The translations under genes and the position numbers were made by a program. Below the pieces are notes generated by a model that was not told the origin of the DNA, did no database searches, and was given only the letters and a program-made list of their open reading frames with translations. A DNA stretch of 64,000 nt from Octopus sinensis (lineage: Eukaryota), in assembly GCF_006345805.1 (NCBI RefSeq), contig NC_042999.1, positions 68,572,001 through 68,636,000 of the forward strand, written 5' to 3'. Positions 38,483 to 52,395 of this stretch are shown one piece after another (within the stretch, counting starts at the first letter, position 1; every line of letters starts with the position of its first letter).

Positions 38483-38810
38483 TAATACAGTCTAAGATGC
38501 ACAATGTCTGTAGGGATCATTGAATAATGTAGTTCTAGATATTGTGTATCTGGAGCACACATCGGTTAATGTAGTTTTTCATACACTTTATCTGAAGGAA
38601 ACATTATATAATGTAATCCAAGATACACAATGTCTGAAGGATACACTGTATAATGTAGTCCTATGCACAATATGTTCGAAAAACACATTGGATAATGTAA
38701 TCTGAAATACATTATACCAGAAAAACAATGGATAATGCAGTTCATACATTCTATCTGGAGGACACTTTATATAATGTAGTGCTAGGTACACTGAGTCGGA
38801 AAAAGACGGG
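38483..38810. repeat. Degenerate 42-bp minisatellite (~8 units)
   Basis: TAAT(G/A) anchors at 38483, 38525, 38567, 38609, 38651, 38693, 38733 and 38772. Confidence 0.8.
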
Positions 38811-39124
38811 ATGTTCTCAACCGGAATGCCATTGATCAAAGATATTTCTGGTCACGGCTGATCATGCGAAAAAAAAAAAGATATAGAAAGAATCAACCAT
38901 CGTGGAGTCACTGGCCATTTCCACGATGTTTGATTCAGTCAACATCTGTTAATTCTGTAATGTTACGTGTAAAAGTTACACGTCTCTGACGATTTGATAT
39001 CATGATTATGCAATTTACGTTATGTAACAAATAATCACCTTATGTTAATGAAATAAATGTAAGACTGTATAACAATCATGTTTTATCTGCCTATATAAAT
39101 ATATATATATATTTACACACATAT

Positions 39125-39190
<66 letters not shown>

Positions 39191-39829
39191 CTGTGTGTAT
39201 GTGCGTGTATGTACTGTATGTAAATGTGTGCGTCAGTGGCAGAGTTAGGTGCGGTCACAAAAGAACCAAATTTAGTTCCATTGTATCTTATTCCGTCAGA
39301 TGACACAGGCTTTTGAATCTTGTCCTCCCAGTAGTAATGAAATATGTCTGAGTACTTTTCTAGGATCGGGAGGGTCAAATACATTCATCTCTCCATTCCA
39401 AAAATAAACTAAAAAAATACCTCTTTATTAAACTGTCTTTAAAATGATATTCTTGGATGTACGCATGTGAATATGTATGTCTTTTGTCTGTATTTTGGGC
39501 ATGACACAAACAGTATTTCGTACTGTAATATAAGAGAGAAATAAAAAGGCTGAGATGGAGACAATGGATGCAATATGAGGTGAAATATAAGAGAACGATG
39601 AGAGTAGAGAAAAAGATAGAGAACAAAAGTGGAAGAAGATTAATGTGAACAAGAGGGGAAGGGGGAGGGGAGGAGAGTGAGATAAAGGAGAAATAAATAA
39701 AAAGAGTGATTGTATGTGTTTGTGTGTTCCAAATAAAAAAAAATCTAATCAACAGTGCAAGTTCTGTTCAAAGGGAACACAACTTAAAGTGGTCAGAAGT
39801 TGTAAAATTAGAAGTGGGAAAGAGAACAA

Positions 39830-39886
<57 letters not shown>

Positions 39887-40103
39887 CTGTTCTACTCTAG
39901 GTACAAGGGGTCCGAAATTTTGGGGGAGTGGGACCAGTCGATTAGATCGACCTCAGTACGCAACTGGTACCTAATTTATCGATCCCGAAAGGATGAAAGG
40001 CAAAGTCGACCTCGGCAGAATTTGAATTCAGAACGTAAAGACGGTCGAAATGCCACAAAGCTTTTTGCCCGACGTACTAAACGATTCTGATACCTCACCG
40101 CCT

Positions 40104-40136
<33 letters not shown>

Positions 40137-42651
40137 GCCAAAACGAATTTCTGTGTGTCAGTGTGTCACACTTTGACCTCCTCTTTCTCACTATTCAATG
40201 ATGCTTCTACTATTCCTCCTGCTGGGGTGAGAGTAATAGTAGGCATACAGTCGGTGAGGGCGGTTGTAGATTGACGGTTATGTTGGTAATGGAGTGATAG
40301 TAAAAGTAATAGCTGTAGTTGTGATAGAGGCGGAGGCGACGGTGATGATGGTGGTGGTGGTAGCCGATGCAGTCAGGGATAACGGTGATAGTAAATGATA
40401 TGAAAGACAATGGTGATGGCGGTGGAGAGCAAGGCGGTGAAGTCAAAGTTATTTATGGAGGTGGCGTCAGGAGTCTGAATGGTGTAAGTATGTGTGTGTG
40501 TGTGACAGTTGTGGTGGCGATCTTGGTGAGAGAGAGAGAGGTTAGACAGAGAAAAATTTGTACTGAATCCCGAATGGGAAAACGAAAAAATGTTGTTTAT
40601 CATGCAGCTTTGCAATAAGTCCCAAGCCGACAAATTACATCACTGTTTTCATGAAAATTCTTCATTGCTTGAAAAATATGAGTCAAGTTTAATAAGATTT
40701 AATACTCAATGCATGAAGCGTCATTGTTGGGCCTACTCTTTGCCTTACGTTTAAACAGATCTCTGGAATAGCTAGCTTAAAAGCCGCTCTATCGGTAATT
40801 TATTTTGTCCACCCCAAAGAGATAAAGGGCAAACCCGACTTCCACTGGATTTGCGCTTTGAACGCAAAAGCTTTGTACGACGCCCTAGCGATTCTTCCGT
40901 TTACTCTTTTACTTGTTTCTGACATGTGACTGTGGCCATGCTGGAGCAACGCCTTTAGTCGAGCAAATCGACCCCAGGACTTATTATTCTTTGTTAGCCT
41001 AGTACTTATTCTATCGGTCTCTTTTGCCGAAACCGCTAGGTTACGGGGACGTAAAGACACGATTTCCTCTCATTTATTTATGTTTTCTAAAAGTTATATT
41101 CCTTCTTTCAACCTCCTCAATAGTCGTTGACTCTGTCCGTTATCAGAGCTGCGTTCTGTTTGTTTGTGCACATGTGTGTGCGTCAGTGTGCATGTGTATA
41201 CACATATTTATGAATGTATCTATGTATGTATATGTCTGTATCTATGGATGGATGGATGTGTGTGTGTATGCATTTATATATATGTATGCGTGTGTGTACG
41301 TTTACGATATAGTTTCTTATATAAGCACAAATGCCAGAAAATTATGTACAGGGTTGTTAGCTAAATCTCCTCAAGTTTTTATCTGGGACTGTATTTGATG
41401 GGACCCGAAAAAGCAAGAAAAGTGAAATTGATCTCGTCGGGAATTGAACCTACAACGTATAAAGAGCAAAAACATATACAAGCAAAGAAGGCCTAAAGAT
41501 TTGGTGGAGGTTAAAGCCGATTAAACTGACGCCATTATTTGACTGGTATTTATCGTGTCGACTTCAGAAGAATGAAAGACAAAGGTCGATATACACTAGA
41601 ATTTGAATTCAAAAAATAAAATGAAAAAAATAATCAAAATATAAAATAATCAAAAACAAAGCAAAAAATTTTAAAAAACTCCCGCAAAACCGTTAACGTA
41701 ACTAATTACTGCATGGCATTTTATATCCGGAATTCTAGTGATTCTATCTGTTCCACCGCCCTTCTTCGATTAATAATAAATATGATAACAACAGTAATAA
41801 TAATAATTTGAATGTATTTTAATAGAGCTAATGACAACAATAAAATGACAGTAATTACATCCGAGAATAAACAAGATGGCGTCATAAAACTCTACTTATT
41901 TATTGCGCGTTTATTCCCTTTTCTGTTTTCATCCTTTTATTCTCATTCTTCGCAAATTCACAAAAAATGAAAAAAAAAAAAGAGAAGGTGGAGGTGGGGT
42001 AATTAAACTAGAAGTAAAAAGACGCAAAACATACATACACACGCATAAAAGAAACACCCGATTGGTGTTGGTAGGATTTTTGTCTTCTTTTTCAAGCGGG
42101 TGGATTTTCATTGTTCGTTTTCAGCATTTTATTCTCATGTATTGTTTCGTAGATAAATTTTTTTTCCCTGAAGTCATTGTTTCGTAGTCATTTTCTCGCC
42201 TTCAAATGTTCGTTCTTCTTCTTCTTCTTCTTCTTCTTCTTCTTTGTTATTGTTCTTATTATTGTAGTGGTCCTCTTTTTTTTTATTTTAGCTCTTAATT
42301 TTGTTTGTAAATAACTCAAAGTGACAGCAAAATTGGACAAAACAAAAAAAAAAAAATCAGCTAAAACATAAATATAAAATAAAAAGCATAGAGAAATAAG
42401 CACAAAATAAATATATAAATAAAGGAAAAGGCAAGGAAAATTTGATTTAAATGAAAAGGAATTCTTTTTTTTATTGGTTACGTGTAATAAGTTTTATTGG
42501 GTGTAAGATTAAAAGAGACAAGGGACTTTTCGTAAGCCTTAAATGACATGGGACGGATGGTAAAGAAAAGCCCTAGCTCATTATATAATGATCACTTACG
42601 AATGACTTTGTCGCCTGTCAGAGGAAATAAAGATAACATCGCTAATGAATG

Positions 42652-42692
<41 letters not shown>

Positions 42693-42880
42693 AAGAGGAT
42701 GAAATAAGAGAGAGAAAGGTAATGGGATAGAGGATTTGTGTTAGAGAGGGAGAGAAACAAAGAGGATGAGGATGAGAAAAGTGAGAAGAGATAGAGCGGG
42801 GCGGGGTAAAAAGGAATCGAAAGACGAAAAAGATTTGAAAGTGAGATGCGGAAGTAAAAATGGATAGGAGAATAAAAGAG

Positions 42881-42925
<45 letters not shown>

Positions 42926-43096
42926 GAGGGAGCGCCGAAAGGAGAACAATGAATACAATAGAAATAAAATAAAATTTTATTTCTATTGTATTTTTACATT
43001 GGTTGGTAATAGATTTTTTATAACCTAAATAGACACCGAAAATCCATGTATATATATCGCTCAGGAGAAATCGCTGCTATCTCTAGCTGCGGACGT

Positions 43097-43143
43097 CTAC
43101 TATTGACAAGGCTAAAGAAGGCCGAAATCACATGACCTGATAG
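43097..43143 (+). ncRNA. Degenerate type I hammerhead relic
   Basis: CUACUA-UUGACAA-GGC uaaagaag GCC-GAAA-UCA ca UGA-CC-UGAUAG; stems are present, core positions 3, 8 and 16.1 are altered. Confidence 0.4.
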
Positions 43144-43599
43144 TTCTGGTAGCGGTTGCGGACGATTATCTCCCGCTAGTAATATAAACACGAGTGCTTA
43201 TATGCACTCCGAGTTCTTATGAGAGTTTCACTCAGGTTAAAAAACACCTTACTTCTTTCCCTTTAATTTCCTCTGTCGTTTGTACTCTGAGTAAGTTGGA
43301 TCTATCAACATAAGTATCTATATATTTATACTTAAATATTTGGCGTCTGAAAGTCTTCTCTCTTTGGTTTCTCTTGTTTTGCATGTATACATAGATACAT
43401 ATTTTGTATTTCATATCCGAGCTGTTACATTTAATATATTTAATTTATTTATCAGCATAATTCCCTAAATACATACATACCTACATTCATACATGCATGC
43501 ATGCATGCATCCATCCATCCATCCATCCATCCATCCATCCATCCATCCATACATACATACATACATACATACATACATACATACATACCGCTAAATCTA

Positions 43600-43940
43600 C
43601 AAGTTTTTTTTTCATTCTCTCTGTTTATTTTCTTTTATTCCTTTGTGTTGAAGAGCGTTGGCTCGAAACATACAAGGCTTTTTCAGTTACCCGAACGTCA
43701 AACTAATACACCTTCTTGTGTGTGTATGACCGCGTGTGTACCGTTGGCGATTTTTCCCCTCCGTCTTCCTTTCCTTGGATCTTTCCTCTTCCTATGTTTC
43801 TGACGAAGAGCTTCGCTCGAAACGTTGAATACTCCTTCTTTCTTTCCTTTTCTGAGTGTCCAATAACAATATACTTGTTCCACGTCCTCGCGTTGTGTTT
43901 TCTCTTTGTGTTTTCATGTTTGGATTAACTATAAATATAT

Positions 43941-43974
<34 letters not shown>

Positions 43975-44176
43975 ATATATATACCAAATACATGCATGCA
44001 TATATACTTATATACATATACATACATATATTTTCCTCTATTTCTGACAAAGAGCCTGACTCGAAACGTTAAATCCTCTTTCCTTCCTTTCCTGAGCGTC
44101 TGATATACAACACTTGTACCATGTTCTCCCGTTACTGTTTTTTCTTGTTTGTTCTTCTTTGTTTGGATTCACTATA
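43600..44176 (+). mobile_element. Tandem Penelope-like terminal repeats with three minimal hammerhead motifs (43645-43672, 43800-43826, 44044-44070)
   Basis: CTGACGA-A-GAGC ttc GCTC-GAAACGTT is intact at 43800; the 43800 and 44044 units end GGATT(A/C)ACTATA followed by TA/CA-rich microsatellite. Confidence 0.75.
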
Positions 44177-44275
44177 CACATATATACATGCACGCACATA
44201 CATACATACATACATACATACATACATACATACGTATATATATACATATATATATTCATATACATACATACATAC

Positions 44276-44339
<64 letters not shown>

Positions 44340-44969
44340 TTACACATGTGGGACAGAGGGACCGTTTGTGCGTCCTCCATAACAATATATAAAAATTAAA
44401 AAAAAACAAAACCCGTTAACTCTCAAATCTCTATGTCAACCAATTGTATTTTCAACATGTCCACTCTGACACCCAGTGCAACATAAAAAAAACACAAATA
44501 ATAAGCACCAAGCCAGCAAACAAACAAAGAAAAGCATTGTTATTCTGGATTGACCTTCCTGCTTTCTCTAAGCGCCATCACCTTATTCTTTTGTACCTTG
44601 CCGATCGGCATCGTATTCTTAGTTATTCGACGATGAAGCAGGTGGGAGGTGTAGGAGCGGAATGATGGTGTATGCTAATTTCCATTGCTTTTACATCTCC
44701 TCGGCAGCCGGCACCCATCTCCTGTTCTCAAATTCTATATTAATGTCATTTATCATTATAACTTCATCAGTATTAAAGTTCCTAACATCAACGACTTCTT
44801 CAGCCATTTTATATATATCTTGATAATGGCGACGACTATGACGATGATGATGATGAGGAACACATACGTCACCATCACCATTACCACTGTCAACGCACAA
44901 GCATCGCCGTTGTTATTACCTTTACTGCAACCACGGCGACGACGACCACCATCACTACCATCACTGCCA

Positions 44970-45290
44970 GGAGGCGCAATAGCCCAGTGGTTAGAGCAGC
45001 GGACTCGCGGTTTCGATTCCCAGACCGGGCGTTGTGTGTGTTTATTGAGCGAAAACACCTAAAAGCTCCACGAGGCTCCGGCAGGGGGTGGTGGCGACCC
45101 CTGTTGTACTCTTTCGCCCCAACTTTCTCTCACTCTTACCTCCTGTTTCTTGTCCCCGACTTCCTACGCAACGGCTGATCCTGGATGCATATTCATCCAT
45201 CCGTCGATGCTCCCGGTGTCGGGGATTGACCTGCTTTCTCTTCTGCGGGTCTTACGAATAGCAAACGACTACGATTCGGACTTCTCCTAC
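44970..45290 (+). mobile_element. SINE family C with an alternative 3' tail
   Basis: Same head and body as 19008 up to TTCCTGTTTCT, then unrelated sequence. Confidence 0.6.
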
Positions 45291-45621
45291 TGCGAGCTCT
45301 TGGACGAAGACCGCTTCGCTCAACAGCAACAGCAACCATCACTGCCATTATCTCAGCATCGCCACCACGACCACCCCTACAATCATCATGATCACGGCGA
45401 CGACGCCCACAACAACAACAACAACAACAACAACCATCGCCGCCGCCACTGCCACCACCGCCAACGCTGCTGCACCGTCAACGCTGTCGCCGCCATTACC
45501 ACCTCCACTACCATCATGACTACCACTAACAGTTCCAATACTGTAGCAGCCTGTGGAGGCGCAATGGCCCAGTGGTTAGGGCAGCGGACTCGCGGTCGTA
45601 TATACAATATTTATTTCTTGC

Positions 45622-46020
45622 ATGGCGGCGAGCTGGCAAAAACGTTAGCATGTCGGGCGAAATTCCTTGCAGTATTTCGTCTGCCGTTACGTTCTGAGTT
45701 CAAATTCCGCCGAGGTCGACTTTGCCTTTCATCCTTTCGGGGTCGATAAATTAAGTACCAGTTACGTACTAGGGTCGATGTAATCAACTTAATCCGTTTG
45801 TCTGTCCTTGTTTGTTCTCTCTGTGTTTAGCCCCTTGTGGGTAGTAAAGAAATAGGTATTTCGTTTGTCTTTACGTTCTGAGTTCAAATTCCGCCGAGGT
45901 CGTCTTTGCCTTTCATATTTTCGAGCTCGATAAATTAAGTACCGGCTGCGTACTGGGGTCGATCTAATCGACTGGCCCCTTCCCCAAAAATGTTGGGCCT
46001 TGTGCCTAGAGTAGAAAAGA
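45622..46020 (+). mobile_element. Family B SINE dimer
   Basis: Junction AAATA|GGTATTTCG at 45855. Confidence 0.8.
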
Positions 46021-46801
46021 ATATTGTACCTTCTTATTTTACACTGGTTTTAGTCATTGGACTGCGGTCATGCCAGGGTACTACTTTGAAGGGTTTAAAT
46101 CGAACAAATGAACTCCATTACTTATATTCCGTTTTCTCTTTTCCAAGTCTGGTTGCGTACTGGGGTCGATCTAGTCGACTGTCCCCACCCCGCTCCCACA
46201 AAATTTCGGGCTTTATGCCTAGAGAAGGAAAGAGTATTATATTTCTTGCTCGAAACCGTCAAGTGTGTGGTATGGTATACACAATGAAGAATTTCAGTTC
46301 TATTACTTCTGCAAGTAGCTTGATGTATTCTTGGCTAAAGAGACTTAAAACTGATAAAACCTGTCGTGGATTATCTCCCATGCCTGTTGGTGAGAAATGT
46401 AATTTTGTTCTTGGAATAACAGTATTTTTTTACCTCATATGTAAATATACTATAGCTGTTTAATGTTCATACTTAATGTTATTATTTCTGGGACGAAATG
46501 GCGGTGATTTGGCAGAACTGTTAGCATGCCGGATAAAATACTTCGTAAGATTTTGTCCGTCTTCACGTTCTGAGTTCAAATTCTGAAATGGTCGACTTTG
46601 TTTTCCTTCTTTTTGGGGTCGATAAAATTGAGTTTTGGAATCGATGTTATCAGCTAGTTCCCTACCCAAAATTACAGGCCTAGCGGTTCGGCAAAAGAGA
46701 CCGATAGAATAAATACTAGGCTTACAAAGAATAAGGCCTGGGGTCGATTTGTTCGACTAAAGGCGGTGCTCCAGCATGGCTGCAGTCAAATGACTGGAAC
46801 A

Positions 46802-46877
<76 letters not shown>

Positions 46878-46885
46878 GAATAATA

Positions 46886-47110
46886 AAGGCGGCGAGCTGG
46901 CAGAAACGTTAGCACGCTGGGCGAAATGCTTATTGGTATTTCGTCTGCCTTTACGTTCTGAGTTCAAATTCCGCACAGGTCGACTTTGCCTCTCATCCTT
47001 TCGGGGTCGATAAATTAAGTACCAGATACACACTGGGGTCGATGTAATCGACTTAATCCCTTTGTCTGTCCTTGTTTGTTCCCTCTATGTTTAGCCCTTT
47101 GTGAGCAATA
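46886..47110 (+). mobile_element. Family B SINE monomer with Tx1-like tail
   Basis: Ends AGCCCTTTGTGAGCAATAAAA. Confidence 0.8.
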
Positions 47111-47824
47111 AAATTAAAAAATAAATTATAAAAGAATAGTGGCGAACTGGTAGAATCGCTAGAGCCCCAGGCAAAGTGCTAAGCAGTATTTCTTTCGCTT
47201 GTTTACGTTCGGAGTTCGAATATAGGTGAGGTCAGCATTACCTTTCATCCTTTCGAGATCGATAAAATAAGTATCAGTCGAACACTGGGTTAATTACCTC
47301 GAATTTCCCTTCCCCATAAAAATGCTGACAGCGTGCTAAAATTCGTAAAATATGTTAGCATCAACAGTACTTGAACTCAGAAAGTAAAGAACCAGAACAC
47401 ATACCACAAAACATAACCCCACCTCCAACGCTTCTAACGCTGCCTTAAATGTACGAATTAATACAAACCATTTCCTCGCTAATATGGCAAGTCACAGACT
47501 GGCTATGTTTCGCTGACGAGCCTTTGAAGAACGAATTGTCTATCATGCATGCCGACGAAAAAAAAAAATTCATACCGTTCATTAACTATTAGTTTTAATT
47601 AAATTATATGGGTAAATGTATATTAATTATTAACTAATTTAATTGCTGTATAAATTTTTTTTACTCCAGACTACTGCTGTAGTCTCGTGTCATAACTTTC
47701 CCAGTTAAAAAAAAAAAAAAAACGAAACAGATTACCAAATGCAATTATTCCGATACGAATTTTAGTTTAAATGTGTTTGAATGTTAAATTAATTATTTAA
47801 TGATCTAATTATTATGTATTTACA

Positions 47825-47875
<51 letters not shown>

Positions 47876-48260
47876 GTCATCATCATCACCACTACCACCA
47901 CCTCGTACTTTTTGAATGACTGATTTCGTTCTTCCTATAACCAATGACTTGCATAGCATATGACATGCTGGATATGACTGAATCGCATAATTAATATTTA
48001 AATAACCCGCTGAAAACGAAAAGAAGAAAGAAGAAAGAAAATGATGTTGCATAAATTTTAGAAAAAAATAGCAATATCGGATTTCCTAGCTTTCTTATTC
48101 TCTGAGTTACAATTGTAGAATAAGACGGCACGGGGTGAATAAAATAAAGTATTAGTTAAATTCTGGGTCGTTGTAATCGACCAGCACCTTTCTCTTAAAA
48201 TTGCTAGCTTTGAAACCTGCAACGGACCGCCGTGATCTCAGTCATCTATACGACATAGAT

Positions 48261-48493
48261 AGGCGGCGAGCTAGCAGAAACGTTAGCACGCCGGGCGAAA
48301 TGCGTAGCCGTACTTCGTCTGCCGTTACGTTCCGAGTTCAAATTCCGACGAGGTCGACTTTTGCCTGTCATCCTTTCGGGGTCGATAAATTAAGTACCAG
48401 TTACGCACTGGGGTCGATATAATCGACTTAATCCCTTTGTCTGTCCTTGTTTGTCCCCTCTGTGTTTAGCCCCTTGTGGGTAGTAAAGAAATA
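48261..48493 (+). mobile_element. Family B SINE monomer with Tx1-like tail and ~18-bp TSD
   Basis: CATCTATACGACATAGAT (48243-48260) vs CATCTATACGGCATCGAT (48494-48511). Confidence 0.85.
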
Positions 48494-48639
48494 CATCTAT
48501 ACGGCATCGATAACCGCTAACTGGTTAACCAGCTTTATGAGTCCTGGCCTGAAGTAAAAAATGTTGAGTGGATATTTAAATCATCAAGCGAGTAAATCAG
48601 AGACAAAGGTAAAAAAAAAAGCCAGAAAAGAAAAGCAAT

Positions 48640-49000
48640 TGGTTTTTTATGGGTGATCGGGAAGTGTAATACTCAAGCAAACTCAAGTGATTTCTGTATT
48701 ATTTCTGTTGTTAGGGTTAGGATTAGCGCCTGAAATCTGTTAACAAATTTGCCCTATTCCTCTCGGTTTTGGGGACTCTTTATGAATCTGGGCTCTGATC
48801 GATTCGGTATATAATTGGATATTGGTACATGAGTGTAGCTTCGATTCAAGTGTTTCACTGGGTTTCGTAATTCTGCTGGTTTTCTTCTCCCCATTTTCAG
48901 GATATGGGTAGCGTTGATTCTGAAGGAGTTCATCGGCCCTTGACGGGTTTTCTTTTATTAATCCTTCTGGGTAACTCGCATACTCTCCTCACTGGACAAG
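48640..49000 (-). pseudogene. Possible decayed Penelope RT fragment
   Basis: THILK...IPNRSEPRFIK...TEIIQKSLEFA loosely recalls PLE RT N-terminal motifs; weak. Confidence 0.25.
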
Positions 49001-49664
49001 TTCGGTAAGGGCGGGAACCAGTTAAGCCTCCAACTACTTCACCACGAACAGGTAGGACTAAATGACATGGTCACGGGTAGCAGGTTTCTACCAAACTCGT
49101 GAATTATTAGACAGAAGAAAAAAAATATCAAAACAGCAAGAATCAAAGACAGAAGGGAATTGGGGTGGGTGAGAAATATATGAAATGATGGAGAAATGGT
49201 AAAGGGAAAGAGAATGAAAAAGGGATGGTATTGGGGGAAGACATCATTCACGGTGGTTTGTGTCTGGGAAGGAGGTTGCTATGAGTACAACTTGAGAGGC
49301 TGTCGAGTAGCTCCAGTTGTTCATAGTTCATATACTGTCCCCTCAGTACCTCTCCCGGTGCCCCCTCAATTCCTTTTCCATTGCCCCCCAGTCTCGTCAC
49401 TCGTCCAGAGGTGGCGCTACTTGAACAACACTTCATCATCAGGCTTTACTTGTTGTAATCTGGTTATTATAATGACGCTGTTGACACTCACTCACACACA
49501 CAACACATACACACACACACACACACACACACGCGCGCGCTTACAAATATAAACATATATAAATGAATACACATACAAACACGTGTACATTCACCGTCAT
49601 ATTCATGAATACATAAAAGCTCATTCCATGTACAACATTATACATACAAACATGCATATATATA

Positions 49665-49706
<42 letters not shown>

Positions 49707-49900
49707 GCATTCACGTAGACGTACTTCAATGTTTGCGCCTCTCACTCCACTTCATATGCACGCACGCGCACAAATACAATGTACACACATGGATACATAT
49801 ATACTTGCACATACACACTCGCATTTTCTCCCTCCCCTCTCTCTACTCACATCATGCATACACTCATCTATATAAATACATAATGTAAATGTCTTTTGTG

Positions 49901-49931
<31 letters not shown>

Positions 49932-49948
49932 GTACACACACACACACA

Positions 49949-50015
<67 letters not shown>

Positions 50016-50329
50016 CACGCGCGCACTTTAGCCCAACATGTGGTCCTGCGCTGGTGAAGTATCGTCTCGCCTCCTGTTGACTCCGTATGTCACCTTAAAT
50101 TTCTCCTCAAATCCCTACCATTCACTCGCTTTTTTGCCTCGTCTCCCGCTCTCTCTTCTTCTTCTTCTTCTTCTTCTTCTTCTTCTTCTTCTTCTTCTTC
50201 TTCTTCTTCTTCTTCTTCTTCTTCTCTTCTTCTTCTTCTTCTTCTTCTCAGCTTTGATTTCGTCTTCTTCGTCCTAGTTCTTTACCTACCGCCACCACCA
50301 CCACCACCACAACAACAACAACAACCACA

Positions 50330-50367
<38 letters not shown>

Positions 50368-50456
50368 AATATTTTCCCTTTTTTCATAAGAACGACGACT
50401 GAGAGTCCCCACCAACGTTGTAATTATTCAATCCTCTATGCAATCATGAGCACCCT

Positions 50457-50488
<32 letters not shown>

Positions 50489-50919
50489 GACACTCGCCAA
50501 AAATAAGAAATAGGAACCTCTACACAAAGTTTGTGATTATGTAACTACAAATGAGGGAAAAAAATTAAATAGGTAATTTTACAACAAAAAAAGAAAGAAA
50601 AGAAAAAAAAAGAGAATGCGAATAATAATAAAAAAAACATTAGTATATAGAAGTTTTTAGAATTTTAATTATATCAATTCTATGCATTTCTTCTCATAAT
50701 CCGTTAATTTCAATTTCTAATTTCTGTTCCCACCAAATATTATGAAGAACTGTTTATCTCCCTTGTCATAGCTGCGACCATAAGGGGAACCATGTGTATA
50801 TTCATATCATTAATCCTTGATAATACTAACATTTTTATGTTACAAGTTGCATCGCAATAACTTAATATCAATTCATAGAAAAAGCCCTCTTTTTTTTCTC
50901 TCACCATTTTTTTGTTTTT

Positions 50920-51070
50920 TGTTCTCCCTCCATTTTTTTCCCCACTCAACACTTTGTATTGAAGAGCGTTGGCTCGACTCGAAACGTCAGAGACTTCCAT
51001 TCTTCCCGAGTGTCAAACTAATACACTTACTTGATCCCTTACCTGTCTTCATCTGCTTTCTGTAAATTCG

Positions 51071-51075
<5 letters not shown>
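50920..51075 (+). mobile_element. Penelope-like terminal fragment with disrupted hammerhead motif (50956-50988)
   Basis: GTATTGA-A-GAGC gttg GCTC-(gactc)-GAAACGTC; ends GAACTATATA(TA)n. Confidence 0.6.
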
Positions 51076-51156
<81 letters not shown>

Positions 51157-51157
51157 A

Positions 51158-52395
51158 CAGGGTGCGATGAATAAATTGTCGTCTAAATTACGCAAAAATG
51201 AAAATAACACTGACATCTCATTTTAACAGATATATGTACCAAAATTACATAAATATATATCTTCAAATACTAATGATTAAATTAATTCACAAAAATCGCC
51301 TTTGGTTTTAACCATGAGCTCCAGACGACTTTAGAATCTCCTGCAACTCTTCTAGACAGCCTCCTCGTTTAAGTTGGTCAATGCTGCCATAATCCTTGCC
51401 TACTGTTCGTCTTTGGTTTTACAAGGAGTTTTGTTGGTCTCTTGCTCAACTGTGCCCCACACGTAATAATCAAGGGGGTAGCAGTCTGGGCAGTTAGGTG
51501 GCCAGTTGTTAGTAGTGATGTGGTCGCAGAAATTGTCTGGGTTCTCTGGCTTGTGTGACATAAGTGCAGAGTCCTGTTGCCAGACATAGTGTCTTCAAGC
51601 AGCCACCCTCTTCACCCAGGGCAGCACTACCTCCCCCAGGTACTTGATGTAGGCTTCCGTGTTGAGTCTGAGGCCATATAAGATGACTGGAAGCATAACG
51701 TTGCCATCACTAGTGTTCACTCTAAACACCATGATGCTGATTGGATGTTTGATTTTTATCACTCTCGATACATGTTTTGGGGACACGGCAAGCCAACGGT
51801 TGTTCTATGAATTCACCTATTCATACTGGTAGAAAATTTTCTCGTCTGAGAAAAACCAAAGCATGTTCTGTTGGAGGGAATACTTGAGTTTGTCCAAAAG
51901 CTTTGTAGCGAGGTCTTTCCTCTTGTCCTTGATGACTTGGGATAAAAATTGGCCCTTTCTTATCTTTTATGACGAATATCGAATGTCTTCATGTACTACC
52001 TGCTGTTAGAAAATTCAAACACTTCCATGTCCTTGGCGATGGACCTGATTGACTTGGAGGGTTGTTGTCAATTATGGCCTGGATCTCAACAACAAATTCA
52101 GGAGTTCTTTTCTAGTCAGAATGATCAGAGTGAGTTTTCCGAGCTGCTGCACCTTCGTAAACACCATTAGACTCATCCAGCTCTTTCTGAATCCTCTGCA
52201 CAATCTGAAATGTTCGTATTGGAACTTCTGGCGTGAGTGCCAAGCAGTACAGCATGTCGTTTCCAATTTTCTGACTGAGTGAATTGCGTCATGGCGCCGT
52301 TTTTCTCACAGAAGGTGCCCGTCTGACCCTACTATACAAAAACGAACAATGCACATGCGCAAAATTAAAAATATGAAATGGCGACAATAGTTACC
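51158..52395 (-). mobile_element. Tc1/mariner DNA transposon relic (maT/DD37D-like)
   Basis: TA|CAGGGTGCG TIR start; minus-strand WFFSDEK, VWQQDSA and WPPNCPDCYPLDYYVWG catalytic motifs with stops and frameshifts; right TIR degenerate. Confidence 0.8.

Noticed and set aside
47510-47545. CTGACGAGCC...GAATTGTC as a hammerhead
   Set aside because: Stem II and stem I do not pair, and GAAA is incomplete.
48711-48722. TTAGGG telomeric repeat
   Set aside because: Only two units.
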